DNA of 64,000 bases from Acidimicrobiia bacterium (GTDB taxonomy: Bacteria; Actinomycetota; Acidimicrobiia; Spongiisociales; ZC4RG35). Positions 9,890 through 17,033 of this stretch are shown here, in pieces; position 1 is the first letter of the stretch; every line of letters starts with the position of its first letter. The DNA lies in NCBI GenBank assembly GCA_035304485.1, contig DATGPZ010000069.1:324-64323 (forward strand), read 5' to 3'. The position numbers and the translations under genes are program-made. The notes beneath the pieces are model-generated. The model saw only the letters and a list, made by a program, of their open reading frames with translations, did not search any database and was not told the DNA's origin.

Positions 9890-10663
9890 TCAGGCGAAGG
9901 CGGGACAGATCTCACGAAAGCTGCACCAATTGCAGAGGCGCCCTGGTCGGGCGGGAAAGCGGTCGGTGGCGAGAGCATCCTCGATTCGCTCCCACAGGGC
10001 GTGGAGTTGGCGTTCGACACCGTCCAACTGGCGATCGTCGATCGGCTGGCGGTAGAGAGTGGGCCCGTTGAGATAGAGGAGGCGGATCTCGGCCGGTGTC
10101 TCCTGGTGGAGGCGGCGAACCAGTAGGGCATAGATCTTGAGGGCGAAGAACGCCCCGAAGGCGTATCGCTCGGGTGGGGCCTTGCCGGTCTTGTAGTCGG
10201 TGATCACCAGCCGGCCGTCTTCGCCCCGGTCGATACGGTCGAGGATCCCGTGGATGACGATTCCACCCAGATCCTCTTTGAGCTCCTCCTCCCGACCGAG
10301 AGGCGCCAACCGGGCCGGGTCCTCCAGCAGGAAGTAGTTGAGGAGGAGCCCCATCGATTCGAGGCCCCATGCTCGCTCCGCTTCGACGGTGGGGAACAGC
10401 TCTTCGTACTCCTCGAGGCCTCGCAGCTCGGTCCAAGCCTGTCGGAAGAGCTCCGAGAGCCGGCGCGGTGTGCGCTCGGGGGCTGGGAGGTCGAAGAGTC
10501 GTTGGAGGGCGAGGTGGGCAGTCGTTCCGCGCGCCTGATGGACGGTGGTCGGTTCCGGGATTCGCTCCACCGTCCGGAAGGCGTAGAGGCGAGGGCAGGT
10601 CTTGAAGTCTCCCGCCCGACTGGGGGAGAGCGTCTCGAGTCGAGCCGTGATCTCAACGGTCAT
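9890..10663 (-). CDS. Stand-alone RecB-family / Cas4-like PD-(D/E)XK nuclease with a 4-Cys cluster
   Basis: Only the last 257 aa of track ORF 9890..11950- look like protein: MTVEITARLETLSPSRAGDFKTCPRLYAF ... ITDYKTGKAP ... CNWCSFREICPAFA. The upstream 429 aa are R/P/G/S-rich junk. Confidence 0.8.
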   Translation of the reverse strand: MTVEITARLETLSPSRAGDFKTCPRLYAFRTVERIPEPTTVHQARGTTAHLALQRLFDLPAPERTPRRLSELFRQAWTELRGLEEYEELFPTVEAERAWGLESMGLLLNYFLLEDPARLAPLGREEELKEDLGGIVIHGILDRIDRGEDGRLVITDYKTGKAPPERYAFGAFFALKIYALLVRRLHQETPAEIRLLYLNGPTLYRQPIDDRQLDGVERQLHALWERIEDALATDRFPARPGRLCNWCSFREICPAFA

Positions 10664-11013
10664 CGACCGGGACCCTACCGCAGGGGAATGACAAGGTTGT
10701 AGTTTCCGACCTGCCGGGGGGAGAAAGTGAGAAACCCCGAGGGAGCCTCGACCGAAGTCTCGACCCTCTCGGGGTTCTCGTTCCCACACAGGCTCTCGAG
10801 CCGAGGCTCGAACTCCCGGGTGGGAGCGGCCACCGAAGTGGCCAGTGCGACCTTCCGGCCGCTGGACCCCCGTCTCCGAGGACCCCTGGTCTTTCCGGGC
10901 CGTGGGCCGAAGCCTCCGGTCCGGGCGGACCTTCCGGTCCCACCCGAAGGTGGTGCCGGGCCCTACCGAGAGTTGCCTCCCGGTGGAGCGCTGTGGGGTC
11001 TCCCCCAACAGCG
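10664..11013 (-). ncRNA. Candidate structured 5' leader or independent ncRNA (family unknown)
   Basis: No credible ORF in any frame. In the minus sense there are four C(UUCG)G hairpins (10750-10759 capping a long stem 10729-10779; 10828-10843; 10905-10914; 10940-10953). There is also a GNRA (GAGA) hairpin at 10991-11011, two near-identical GGAA hairpins at 10849-10860 and 10928-10939, and a stem at 10678-10717. Boundaries are inferred from the predicted promoter and the downstream ATG. Confidence 0.4.
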
Positions 11014-11019
11014 ATCCGA

Positions 11020-11049
11020 AAGCTAATGGTGGGTATCCGTCAGATGCAA
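11020..11049 (-). promoter_or_regulatory. Putative minus-strand promoter (TTGCAT - 18 nt - TAGCTT)
   Basis: The minus-sense -35-like TTGCAT is plus-strand ATGCAA at 11044-11049. The -10-like TAGCTT is plus-strand AAGCTA at 11020-11025. Both sit in the only AT-rich stretch of the gap. Confidence 0.3.
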
Positions 11050-11066
11050 GAGAAAGTGCAGGTTGA

Positions 11067-11153
11067 TTTTCGCGAGCGGTTACCTGTTTTTCGCGTGGAT
11101 TTGTAGACGATGGCGCTGCTCGGCGGATCGCGAAAACAATCCTTCGATTTCGC
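11067..11153. repeat. Array of TTTTCGCG motifs (possible transcription-factor sites)
   Basis: TTTTCGCG occurs at 11067-11074 and 11088-11095, 21 bp apart. An inverted CGCGAAAA lies at 11129-11136. A partial ATTTCGC at 11147-11153 abuts the -35 box. Confidence 0.35.
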
Positions 11154-11182
11154 TTGACGTCCCGGTGAGACCTCCCTAACTT
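11154..11182 (+). promoter_or_regulatory. Sigma-70/SigA-type promoter TTGACG - 17 nt - TAACTT
   Basis: TTGACG at 11154-11159, an exact 17-nt spacer, and TAACTT at 11177-11182. Predicted TSS is near 11189-11190. Confidence 0.5.
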
Positions 11183-11189
11183 GCCGTTC

Positions 11190-11407
11190 ACCGGATCGGG
11201 GGAAACCCCGGAACGGAGTCGCAGAGGCCGAGAGGCGCTGCGAGAGGTCTGTCGGAGACCGATCTCTTCGGAGATCGGAGTGCGAGAGACCCGGAGGCCC
11301 CGAGGGGGCGAGTGCTTGCACTTCGCTTTCTCGGGGTCTTCCGCGTTCGGGCCCTTTCTCGGCGTCGAGACGGCGATCCCCGGGCGGGTAGGTATACGCT
11401 TGCCCGC
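11190..11407 (+). promoter_or_regulatory. Structured ~220-nt 5' leader of the bPH/SHOCT-acyl-CoA ligase operon
   Basis: Hairpins: CGGGG-GAAA-CCCCG at 11197-11210; CGCAG..GCC-GAGA-GGC..CTGCG at 11220-11242; a perfect 8-bp CCGATCTC-UUCG-GAGATCGG at 11259-11278; and a 7-bp stem at 11384-11407 ending at the ATG. GGTCT (11246-11250) can pair with either AGACC copy (11256-11260 or 11287-11291). Confidence 0.35.
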
Positions 11408-12019
11408 ATGGGTTACCCGAAGCGGCTGTTGGACGACGACGAAGTCGTCGTGAAGGAATTCCGCCCGCACTGGAGTCGGATCATCAAGGAGATCCTGCTC
11501 AGCATCGCCGTGGGGGTGGTGCTGGTCCTCGTGGGAGTGGTGCTCGATCTCCCGCAGAGAGGCTGGATAATCGCTGCTATCGCCGTGATCTGGTTCGTCC
11601 TGGTCATCCGGGGGTTGCTGTCCTGGTACCTCACCCAGCATGTGATCACCAACGAGCGGGTGATCTATCGGGCCGGCATCTTCTCCCGGGAGGGAAAGGA
11701 GATACCCCTCGAGGTCATCAACGACGTTTCGTTCTCGCAGCGCTTCTGGGAGAGGCTCGTTCGTTCGGGCGACCTGCTGATCGAGTCGGCGGGCGAGCTC
11801 GGTCAGAGCCACTACCGGGACATTCCTCATCCTGAGGAGACCCAGAGCCTCATCTACCAGGTCCGCGAGGACCGGATGCTCGCCCTGCAGGGTGGCTCGG
11901 CCACCACCATCACCCGCGCCCAGCAACTCGAGATCCTGGCGCGGCTCCATGCCGAGGGCCGATTGACCGACGAAGAGTTCGAACAGGAGAAGAGGGCCCT
12001 GACGGAAGGAGCGAACTGA
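11408..12019 (+). CDS. Membrane bPH_2 (YdbS/YdbT-like PH domain) protein with a C-terminal SHOCT domain
   Basis: MGYPKRLLDDDEVVVKEFRPHW..., then two TM helices, then a ...TNERVIYRAGIFSREGKEIPLEVINDV... PH-like core, then SHOCT-like LEILARLHAEGRLTDEEFEQEKRAL. The start is uncertain (in-frame GTG at 11312 is the alternative). Confidence 0.65.
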   Translation: MGYPKRLLDDDEVVVKEFRPHWSRIIKEILLSIAVGVVLVLVGVVLDLPQRGWIIAAIAVIWFVLVIRGLLSWYLTQHVITNERVIYRAGIFSREGKEIPLEVINDVSFSQRFWERLVRSGDLLIESAGELGQSHYRDIPHPEETQSLIYQVREDRMLALQGGSATTITRAQQLEILARLHAEGRLTDEEFEQEKRALTEGAN

Positions 12020-13629
12020 TGCCGCACATGCAGGACGATTTTCCGCTGCTGCTTTCCACCCTTTATCAGCAATCCGTCGACATCTATCCGAATCAAGAGG
12101 TCGTTTCGGTCGGGTCTGACCGTCGGATCGAGCGTGCCACCTATGCCGAGACAGACGAGCGGATCCGTCGCCTGGCGGCCGCCGTCGCCGAGCGCCTGGA
12201 GGTTCCGGTGGGCGGCGCGGTGGGGACTTTCGCCTGGAACAACCTCCGCCACCACGAGCTGTACTGGGCGCTGGCCAACACAGGTCGAATCTGCCACACG
12301 ATCAACATCAGGCTCTTTCCCGACCAGGTCACCTACATCGTCAACCACGCCGAGGACCAGGCGGTGTTCGTGGATCCCGACCTGGTGCCGCTGCTCGCTC
12401 CCATCGCGGATTCCTTCGATTCGGTTCGCCATTTCATCGTCATGGGTCCCGAAGCGGACGAGCGTCTCCCGAACTCGGTGGCCTACGAGGATCTGATCGA
12501 GGGAGTCGACGGCGTGGAGGAGTGGCCGCTCTTGGACGAGAGGTCCCCGATGATGTTCTGCTACACCTCGGGAACCACCGGAAACCCCAAGGGGGTCGCC
12601 TACACGCAGCGCTCCACCTACCTCCACACCATCTCCAACCTGGCCAACTTCCCGATCAGCCCGGAGGACAACGTCTTGCCGGTCGTGCCGATGTTCCACG
12701 CCGCCGCCTGGGGGTATCCGTTCATGGCCGTGGCCCGGGGTGCCAAGCTGACCTACCCCGGGCCCGACCTGACGCCCGAGGGGCTGGTCCGACTCTTCAC
12801 CGAGGAGAGGGTGACCTTCTCGGCTGGAGTGCCCACGGTTTGGATCGGCGTGCAGAAATACCTGGAGGCGAATCCCGACGCCGACGTGTCGACCCTCCGG
12901 TCGTTCCTCTGTGGCGGGTCGGCCGTGCCCCGCTCACTGATCGATTGGTTCGGTCGGGAGAAGGGAATCCTCGTACAGCAGGGCTGGGGGATGACAGAGA
13001 CCAACCCGGTGGCTTCGGTGGCGAGCCTCAAGCCCTCCATGTCCGACTGGGACTGGGAACGCCAGCTCGACTACCTGGAGACGGCCGGCCTCCCGATCCC
13101 GGGTCTGCAGGTCAAGATCGTCGACGAGGACGGAAACCCGTTGCCCCACGATGGAGAGGCATTCGGGGAGCTGCTGATTCGAGGGCCATGGGTGGCGGGG
13201 GAGTACTACCGCGATCCTCGCTCGCCGGAGTCGTTCGAAGACGGGTGGCTCCGCACCGGTGACGTGTGCAAGATCGATCCCGAGGGCTACATCCGGATCA
13301 CCGATCGGGCCAAGGACCTGATCAAGTCTGGTGGAGAGTGGATCAGCTCGATCGACCTGGAGAACACCCTGATCGGCCATCCCGGCGTGGTCGAGGCCAC
13401 CGTGGTCGGGCTGAAGCACGAGCGCTGGCAGGAGCGGCCGGTGGCATTCGTCGTTCCGGTCGCCGATGCCGCGCCGCGAGAAGAGGATCTCAAGGAGTAT
13501 CTGGCTGGCCGGCTGGCGTCGTGGTGGGTCCCCGATCGGATCGTGTTCGTGGACGAGATTCCCAAGACGGGGACCGGCAAGTTCGACAAGAAGGTGGTGC
13601 GGGATCGCTACGCCGACTTGCTGCTGTGA
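12019..13629 (+). CDS. AMP-dependent acyl-CoA synthetase (long-chain fatty acid-CoA ligase-like)
   Basis: AMP-binding motif YTSGTTGNPKGV, GWGMTET, and a late ...TGKFDKK lysine motif. TGATG 1-nt overlap with the upstream gene. Confidence 0.85.
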   Translation: MPHMQDDFPLLLSTLYQQSVDIYPNQEVVSVGSDRRIERATYAETDERIRRLAAAVAERLEVPVGGAVGTFAWNNLRHHELYWALANTGRICHTINIRLFPDQVTYIVNHAEDQAVFVDPDLVPLLAPIADSFDSVRHFIVMGPEADERLPNSVAYEDLIEGVDGVEEWPLLDERSPMMFCYTSGTTGNPKGVAYTQRSTYLHTISNLANFPISPEDNVLPVVPMFHAAAWGYPFMAVARGAKLTYPGPDLTPEGLVRLFTEERVTFSAGVPTVWIGVQKYLEANPDADVSTLRSFLCGGSAVPRSLIDWFGREKGILVQQGWGMTETNPVASVASLKPSMSDWDWERQLDYLETAGLPIPGLQVKIVDEDGNPLPHDGEAFGELLIRGPWVAGEYYRDPRSPESFEDGWLRTGDVCKIDPEGYIRITDRAKDLIKSGGEWISSIDLENTLIGHPGVVEATVVGLKHERWQERPVAFVVPVADAAPREEDLKEYLAGRLASWWVPDRIVFVDEIPKTGTGKFDKKVVRDRYADLLL

Positions 13630-13641
13630 GCGACTGGCCGG

Positions 13642-13905
13642 CTACTGGACCTCGACCAGCTCGCCCGAGGTGATGTCCAGCACGTACTCCTTGCCGCTGC
13701 GGGAGTCGGCGATCCAGCGGGCCAGACGGGCGCCGCTCTGGCGTACCAGCCACCAGGCGTAGTCCTCGCTGGCGGCGAAGGCCGCCCGGGCGGCTCGGGC
13801 CGCTTCGACCGCCTCGGCCTCGTCGTCGAACACGCCGATCACACGTTCTTCCGGCGGCTCGGTCGGCTGCGCGTGCCGGTCGATGAACTCCATGGCCTCG
13901 AACAT
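13642..13905 (-). CDS. Hypothetical small acidic/Ala-rich protein (87 aa)
   Basis: Protein-like composition (MFEAMEFIDRHAQPTEPPEERVIGVFDDEAEAVEAARAAR...YVLDITSGELVEVQ). I recognise no family. Confidence 0.5.
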   Translation of the reverse strand: MFEAMEFIDRHAQPTEPPEERVIGVFDDEAEAVEAARAARAAFAASEDYAWWLVRQSGARLARWIADSRSGKEYVLDITSGELVEVQ

Positions 13906-14002
13906 CCCAGTTGCCCCTTTTGCCTTTCAACAATCTAGTCGCGCCACTCCCGACATCCAGCCGTCTGGGCAACTGGTCTTTGCTTCTATCCTCGACCTCC
14001 GG

Positions 14003-14368
14003 ATGAGTTCCCTCCACGCCAACTGGGGCTGGGTGACCGTGGCCATCACCGGCCTCGTGGGACTGTGGGGCCTGCTCCTCGCTTGGCGGGGACACGACCC
14101 GACCCGATCCTTCTGGGTCGGGGTGGGGGTGGCGATGGGGGTGACGATCATCCAGGTGGCCCTGGGCGTGTTTCTGGTGGCCGGAGAGGGGCGGGAGGGC
14201 GGCGACCAGCACGTCTTCTACGGGTTCGTCATCGCTTTCACTCTGGCCTTCGCCTACATCTACCGGGCCCAGCTGGCCCGCAAGCCGGCCCTCTACTACT
14301 CGGCCCTGCTCCTGTTCGTGATGGGGCTGGCACTGCGGACCATCGCCACGGCGGGTGTCGATTTCTGA
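14003..14368 (+). CDS. Hypothetical integral membrane protein (about 4 TM helices, 121 aa)
   Basis: MSSLHANWGWVTVAITGLVGLWGLLLAW... with hydrophobic helices. Start chosen at an internal ATG of ORF 13883..14368 to avoid overlap with the divergent gene. Confidence 0.55.
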   Translation: MSSLHANWGWVTVAITGLVGLWGLLLAWRGHDPTRSFWVGVGVAMGVTIIQVALGVFLVAGEGREGGDQHVFYGFVIAFTLAFAYIYRAQLARKPALYYSALLLFVMGLALRTIATAGVDF

Positions 14369-14393
14369 CAAGATGACGAGCCAGGAGGATCGA

Positions 14394-15185
14394 ATGCTGC
14401 TCGAAGACAAGAAACTGCTCATCACCGGTGTCCTCACCGACGACTCGATTGCATGGCATGCCGCCCGCATCGCACAAGAAGAGGGAGCCGAGATCGTCTG
14501 CACCGGGTTCGGGCGGGGCATGCGCCTCACGCAGCGCTCCGTGCAGCGCCTCCCCGATCCGCCCGACGTGCTCGAGCTCGACATCAACGACGGCGCCCAG
14601 GTGGAGTCCCTCCAGGACGAGCTGCGGTCGAGGTGGGGACGGGTCGACGGGGCTCTCCACGCCATCGCCTATGCCCCCGATGACGCCCTCGGCGGCAACT
14701 TCTTGTCCACCCCGGCAGAGTCGGCCCAGACGGCCTTCGTCACCTCGGCCTTCTCATACAAGACCCTGGCAGTGGCGCTGCAGCCGCTGATGGAGGCAGC
14801 CGGTGGCGGCAGCCTGGTCACCCTCGACTTCGACAACCGTCAGGCCTGGCCGGCCTACGACTGGATGGGCGTTGCCAAAGCCGCCCTCCAGGCCGTCACC
14901 CGCTACCTGGCGCGGGACCTGGGCCCGTCCGGCATCCGAGTCAACGCCGTCTCGGCCGGCCCCCTCGGAACGGTGGCGGCCAAGTCGATCCCGGGTTTCT
15001 CCACATTCGATCGGGTGTGGAAGCAGCGGGCACCACTCGGGTGGGACCCTTCCGACCCTGATCCGGTGGGGCGCATGATCTGTGTGCTGCTGTCGGATTG
15101 GGCGCCGATGACCTCAGGCGAGGTGATCCACGTGGACGGCGGATTCCACGCCGTCGCCGCCGGCCTCAGTGAAGGGTCTGACTGA
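14394..15185 (+). CDS. fabI: Enoyl-[acyl-carrier-protein] reductase (NADH), InhA/FabI type
   Basis: LLITGV... glycine-rich N-terminus and the catalytic Y-x6-K context YDWMGVAKAALQAV (compare InhA YNWMTVAKSALESV). AGGAGG lies 5 nt before ATG 14394. Confidence 0.85.
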   Translation: MLLEDKKLLITGVLTDDSIAWHAARIAQEEGAEIVCTGFGRGMRLTQRSVQRLPDPPDVLELDINDGAQVESLQDELRSRWGRVDGALHAIAYAPDDALGGNFLSTPAESAQTAFVTSAFSYKTLAVALQPLMEAAGGGSLVTLDFDNRQAWPAYDWMGVAKAALQAVTRYLARDLGPSGIRVNAVSAGPLGTVAAKSIPGFSTFDRVWKQRAPLGWDPSDPDPVGRMICVLLSDWAPMTSGEVIHVDGGFHAVAAGLSEGSD

Positions 15186-16977
15186 CCGTTCTGGCCAACG
15201 GCAGCGTGACCACGAAGGTCGCTCCACCACCGGCCGTCTCGTCGACATCGGCCCGACCACCCATGGCTTCGGCCAGGCTACGGACGATCGACAGGCCCAG
15301 CCCCGTGCCCCCGACCGACCGGGTCTGGGACGCTTCGATCTGGGTGAACCGCTCGAAGATCCGCTGTCGCTGATCGAGGGGAATGCCTGGTCCGTGGTCG
15401 ACGACTCGTAGCTGGCCGACATCCCCCCGGACGCGGCCGACGATCTCGATCGGGCTCTGCGGCGCGTACTTGGAGGCGTTCTCGAGCAGGTTGATCAGGA
15501 TCCGCTCCAGGTGGTCGCGGTCGGCGACCAACGCCAGGTCGGCCGGGTCGAGGTCGACGGTGACGTCCGGTGGGTTGCCCAGCACCTCGAGCACGTGATC
15601 GAGCACCGTCTTGACTGTGAGGCGCTCGGAATTGATCGGTATGGCTCCCCGGTCGATCCGCGACACCATCAGCAGGTCCTCGATGAGACGCTGGAGCCGC
15701 CCGGCCTGGCGACGAGCGGTGCTGATCAGCTCCTTGGCCGTGTTCGCCTGGGGCGCCAGCTCGGGGCGGTTGACCGTGTCGAGCGAGCCGATGATGGAGG
15801 TGAGCGGGGTGCGGAGCTCGTGGCTGACGACCGACACGAAGTCGGTCTTCATCTGAGCCACCTCTTCCAGGCGGCGGTTCATCTCGGTCTGCTCTTCATA
15901 GCGGCCGATCTGGCTCAGGACCAGACCCGCCGGACCCGCCAGGAAGGCGAGCTGCTCGAGCTGTTCCGGGCGGAAGGCGCCGCTGACGGCGTCTCCGACG
16001 GCGATGACCCCGACCGAGAACTGCTCTACCCGGAGGGGCGCCAGCATCGCCTGGTTCAATCCCAATTCGGCGAGAAGGCCGTGGTGGGCCGAGCCCTGGT
16101 TGACAGGGTCCACCAGCATCGGGCGGCCGGAGCGGAACACCTGGGGGAGGAGCCCGGCTTCCGCCACCCGCACCCGGATGGACCCGATGTCGAGCGGGTA
16201 GCCGTTGACCCAGATGGGGCTGACCACTTGCAGCGAGTGGTCTTCGGGGACGTAGAGGAGCACCACCCCGACCTGGGCGTCCAGATAGCGGCAGATGGTG
16301 CCGACCAGTTGCGGGAGGACCTCCGAGAGCGAATCGCCCTGGGAGAGCGTGGCCATGACCGCGTACAGACGCTCGAAATCTATCCGCTGGCGCTGCAGCT
16401 GGTGGAGCCGCTGGTTGCTGCGTTCGACCGCCCTCTCGAACTCCAAGCCCAGGAGCGAGGTGGCCACCGCCACGGTTCCGAGCGACAGGAACGGGACCAC
16501 CACCTCGGCCCAGTCACCCGCCGTGCCGACCATGAGGGCAGTGATCATCACGATCCCCGCCGCCAGGATCGACACGAAGGCGTGCTTGGCCCGTTCCAGG
16601 ATCAGGCCGGAGAGCGAAACCAGGGCGAAGAAGATCGGCTGGGAGATCAGGTACAGCTCGGGGACGGTCGCCACCACTCCGGTGGAGAGTGTCACCCCCA
16701 CGATCCACCCCCACGAGACCCAGGAGGCGTATGGGCGGACCATCAGGCGGTCCCAGTCCACCAGGGCCGAGATCACAAGGAGCAGGCCGACGGCCACGAT
16801 CGGGACCAGGAAGCGAGGGTTCTGGAAGACCGTCGTCCGGACCGCCTGGGCGGCCAGGACGATGACGGCCACCCATCCGATCGCGACCGAGCGCCTCTGA
16901 ACGGAGGCGCGAAAACGCGTCATCGAGGCCTCGCCGGACTCGATCTGCGAGGAGGCTGGTGGGTCGATAATGGCCAT
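15166..16977 (-). CDS. Sensor histidine kinase: polytopic membrane N-domain - GAF - HisKA - HATPase_c
   Basis: H-box VSHELRTPLTSIIG and N/G boxes (LLENASKY, DHGPGIP, GTGLGLSIV). About 6 N-terminal hydrophobic helices. No response regulator is adjacent. The 3' end overlaps the fabI 3' end by 20 nt (convergent). Confidence 0.8.
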   Translation of the reverse strand: MAIIDPPASSQIESGEASMTRFRASVQRRSVAIGWVAVIVLAAQAVRTTVFQNPRFLVPIVAVGLLLVISALVDWDRLMVRPYASWVSWGWIVGVTLSTGVVATVPELYLISQPIFFALVSLSGLILERAKHAFVSILAAGIVMITALMVGTAGDWAEVVVPFLSLGTVAVATSLLGLEFERAVERSNQRLHQLQRQRIDFERLYAVMATLSQGDSLSEVLPQLVGTICRYLDAQVGVVLLYVPEDHSLQVVSPIWVNGYPLDIGSIRVRVAEAGLLPQVFRSGRPMLVDPVNQGSAHHGLLAELGLNQAMLAPLRVEQFSVGVIAVGDAVSGAFRPEQLEQLAFLAGPAGLVLSQIGRYEEQTEMNRRLEEVAQMKTDFVSVVSHELRTPLTSIIGSLDTVNRPELAPQANTAKELISTARRQAGRLQRLIEDLLMVSRIDRGAIPINSERLTVKTVLDHVLEVLGNPPDVTVDLDPADLALVADRDHLERILINLLENASKYAPQSPIEIVGRVRGDVGQLRVVDHGPGIPLDQRQRIFERFTQIEASQTRSVGGTGLGLSIVRSLAEAMGGRADVDETAGGGATFVVTLPLARTVSQTLH

Positions 16978-17033
16978 CTAGTGCCCTCACAGTATCCTCG
17001 CATTCCGCACGTCTCTCCATAGGACTCTCGCCT

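Noticed and set aside
9884-9893. Identical CTGACTCAGG junction at two convergent gene pairs: gdh/nuclease at 9884-9893 and recG/DinB-like at 28010-28019.
   Set aside because: It is simply TGA and the reverse-complement TCA stop codons one nucleotide apart. It is a coincidental consequence of tight convergent packing, not a repeat element.
10664-11013. Possibility that the structured region is RNase P RNA, tmRNA, SRP RNA, a tRNA, or a cobalamin or c-di-AMP riboswitch.
   Set aside because: By eye I could not find the invariant blocks: GGAAAGUCCGG for RNase P; the tRNA-like GGUUCGA..CCACCA end or a tag ORF for tmRNA; GGAAGCAGC next to the GGAA loop for SRP; a 5-bp/7-nt T-arm; the GCCACUG B12 box; or the CCCGACAGCUAAC ydaO core. 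This is a manual check only, and a covariance-model scan is still required.
10664-11950. N-terminal 429 aa of the 686-aa track ORF 9890..11950-.
   Set aside because: Only the last 257 aa (from ATG 10663) resemble a protein, the PD-(D/E)XK nuclease. The upstream part crosses the non-coding gap and the opposite-strand bPH/SHOCT gene and is compositionally junk.
15511-17022. Very long track ORFs antisense to real genes. Examples: 15511..17022+ (503 aa), 42218..43765- (515 aa), 17846..19267- (473 aa), 8533..10131- (532 aa), 25723..27480- (585 aa), 49981..51327+ (448 aa), 6222..7526- (434 aa), 48033..49103+ (356 aa).
   Set aside because: All lie opposite well-supported genes (histidine kinase, smc, murF-like, gdh, recG, deoA, adnA, etfA). 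Their translations are Arg/Gly/Pro/His-rich without motifs. These are the classic shadow ORFs of high-GC genomes, where antisense stop codons are rare.
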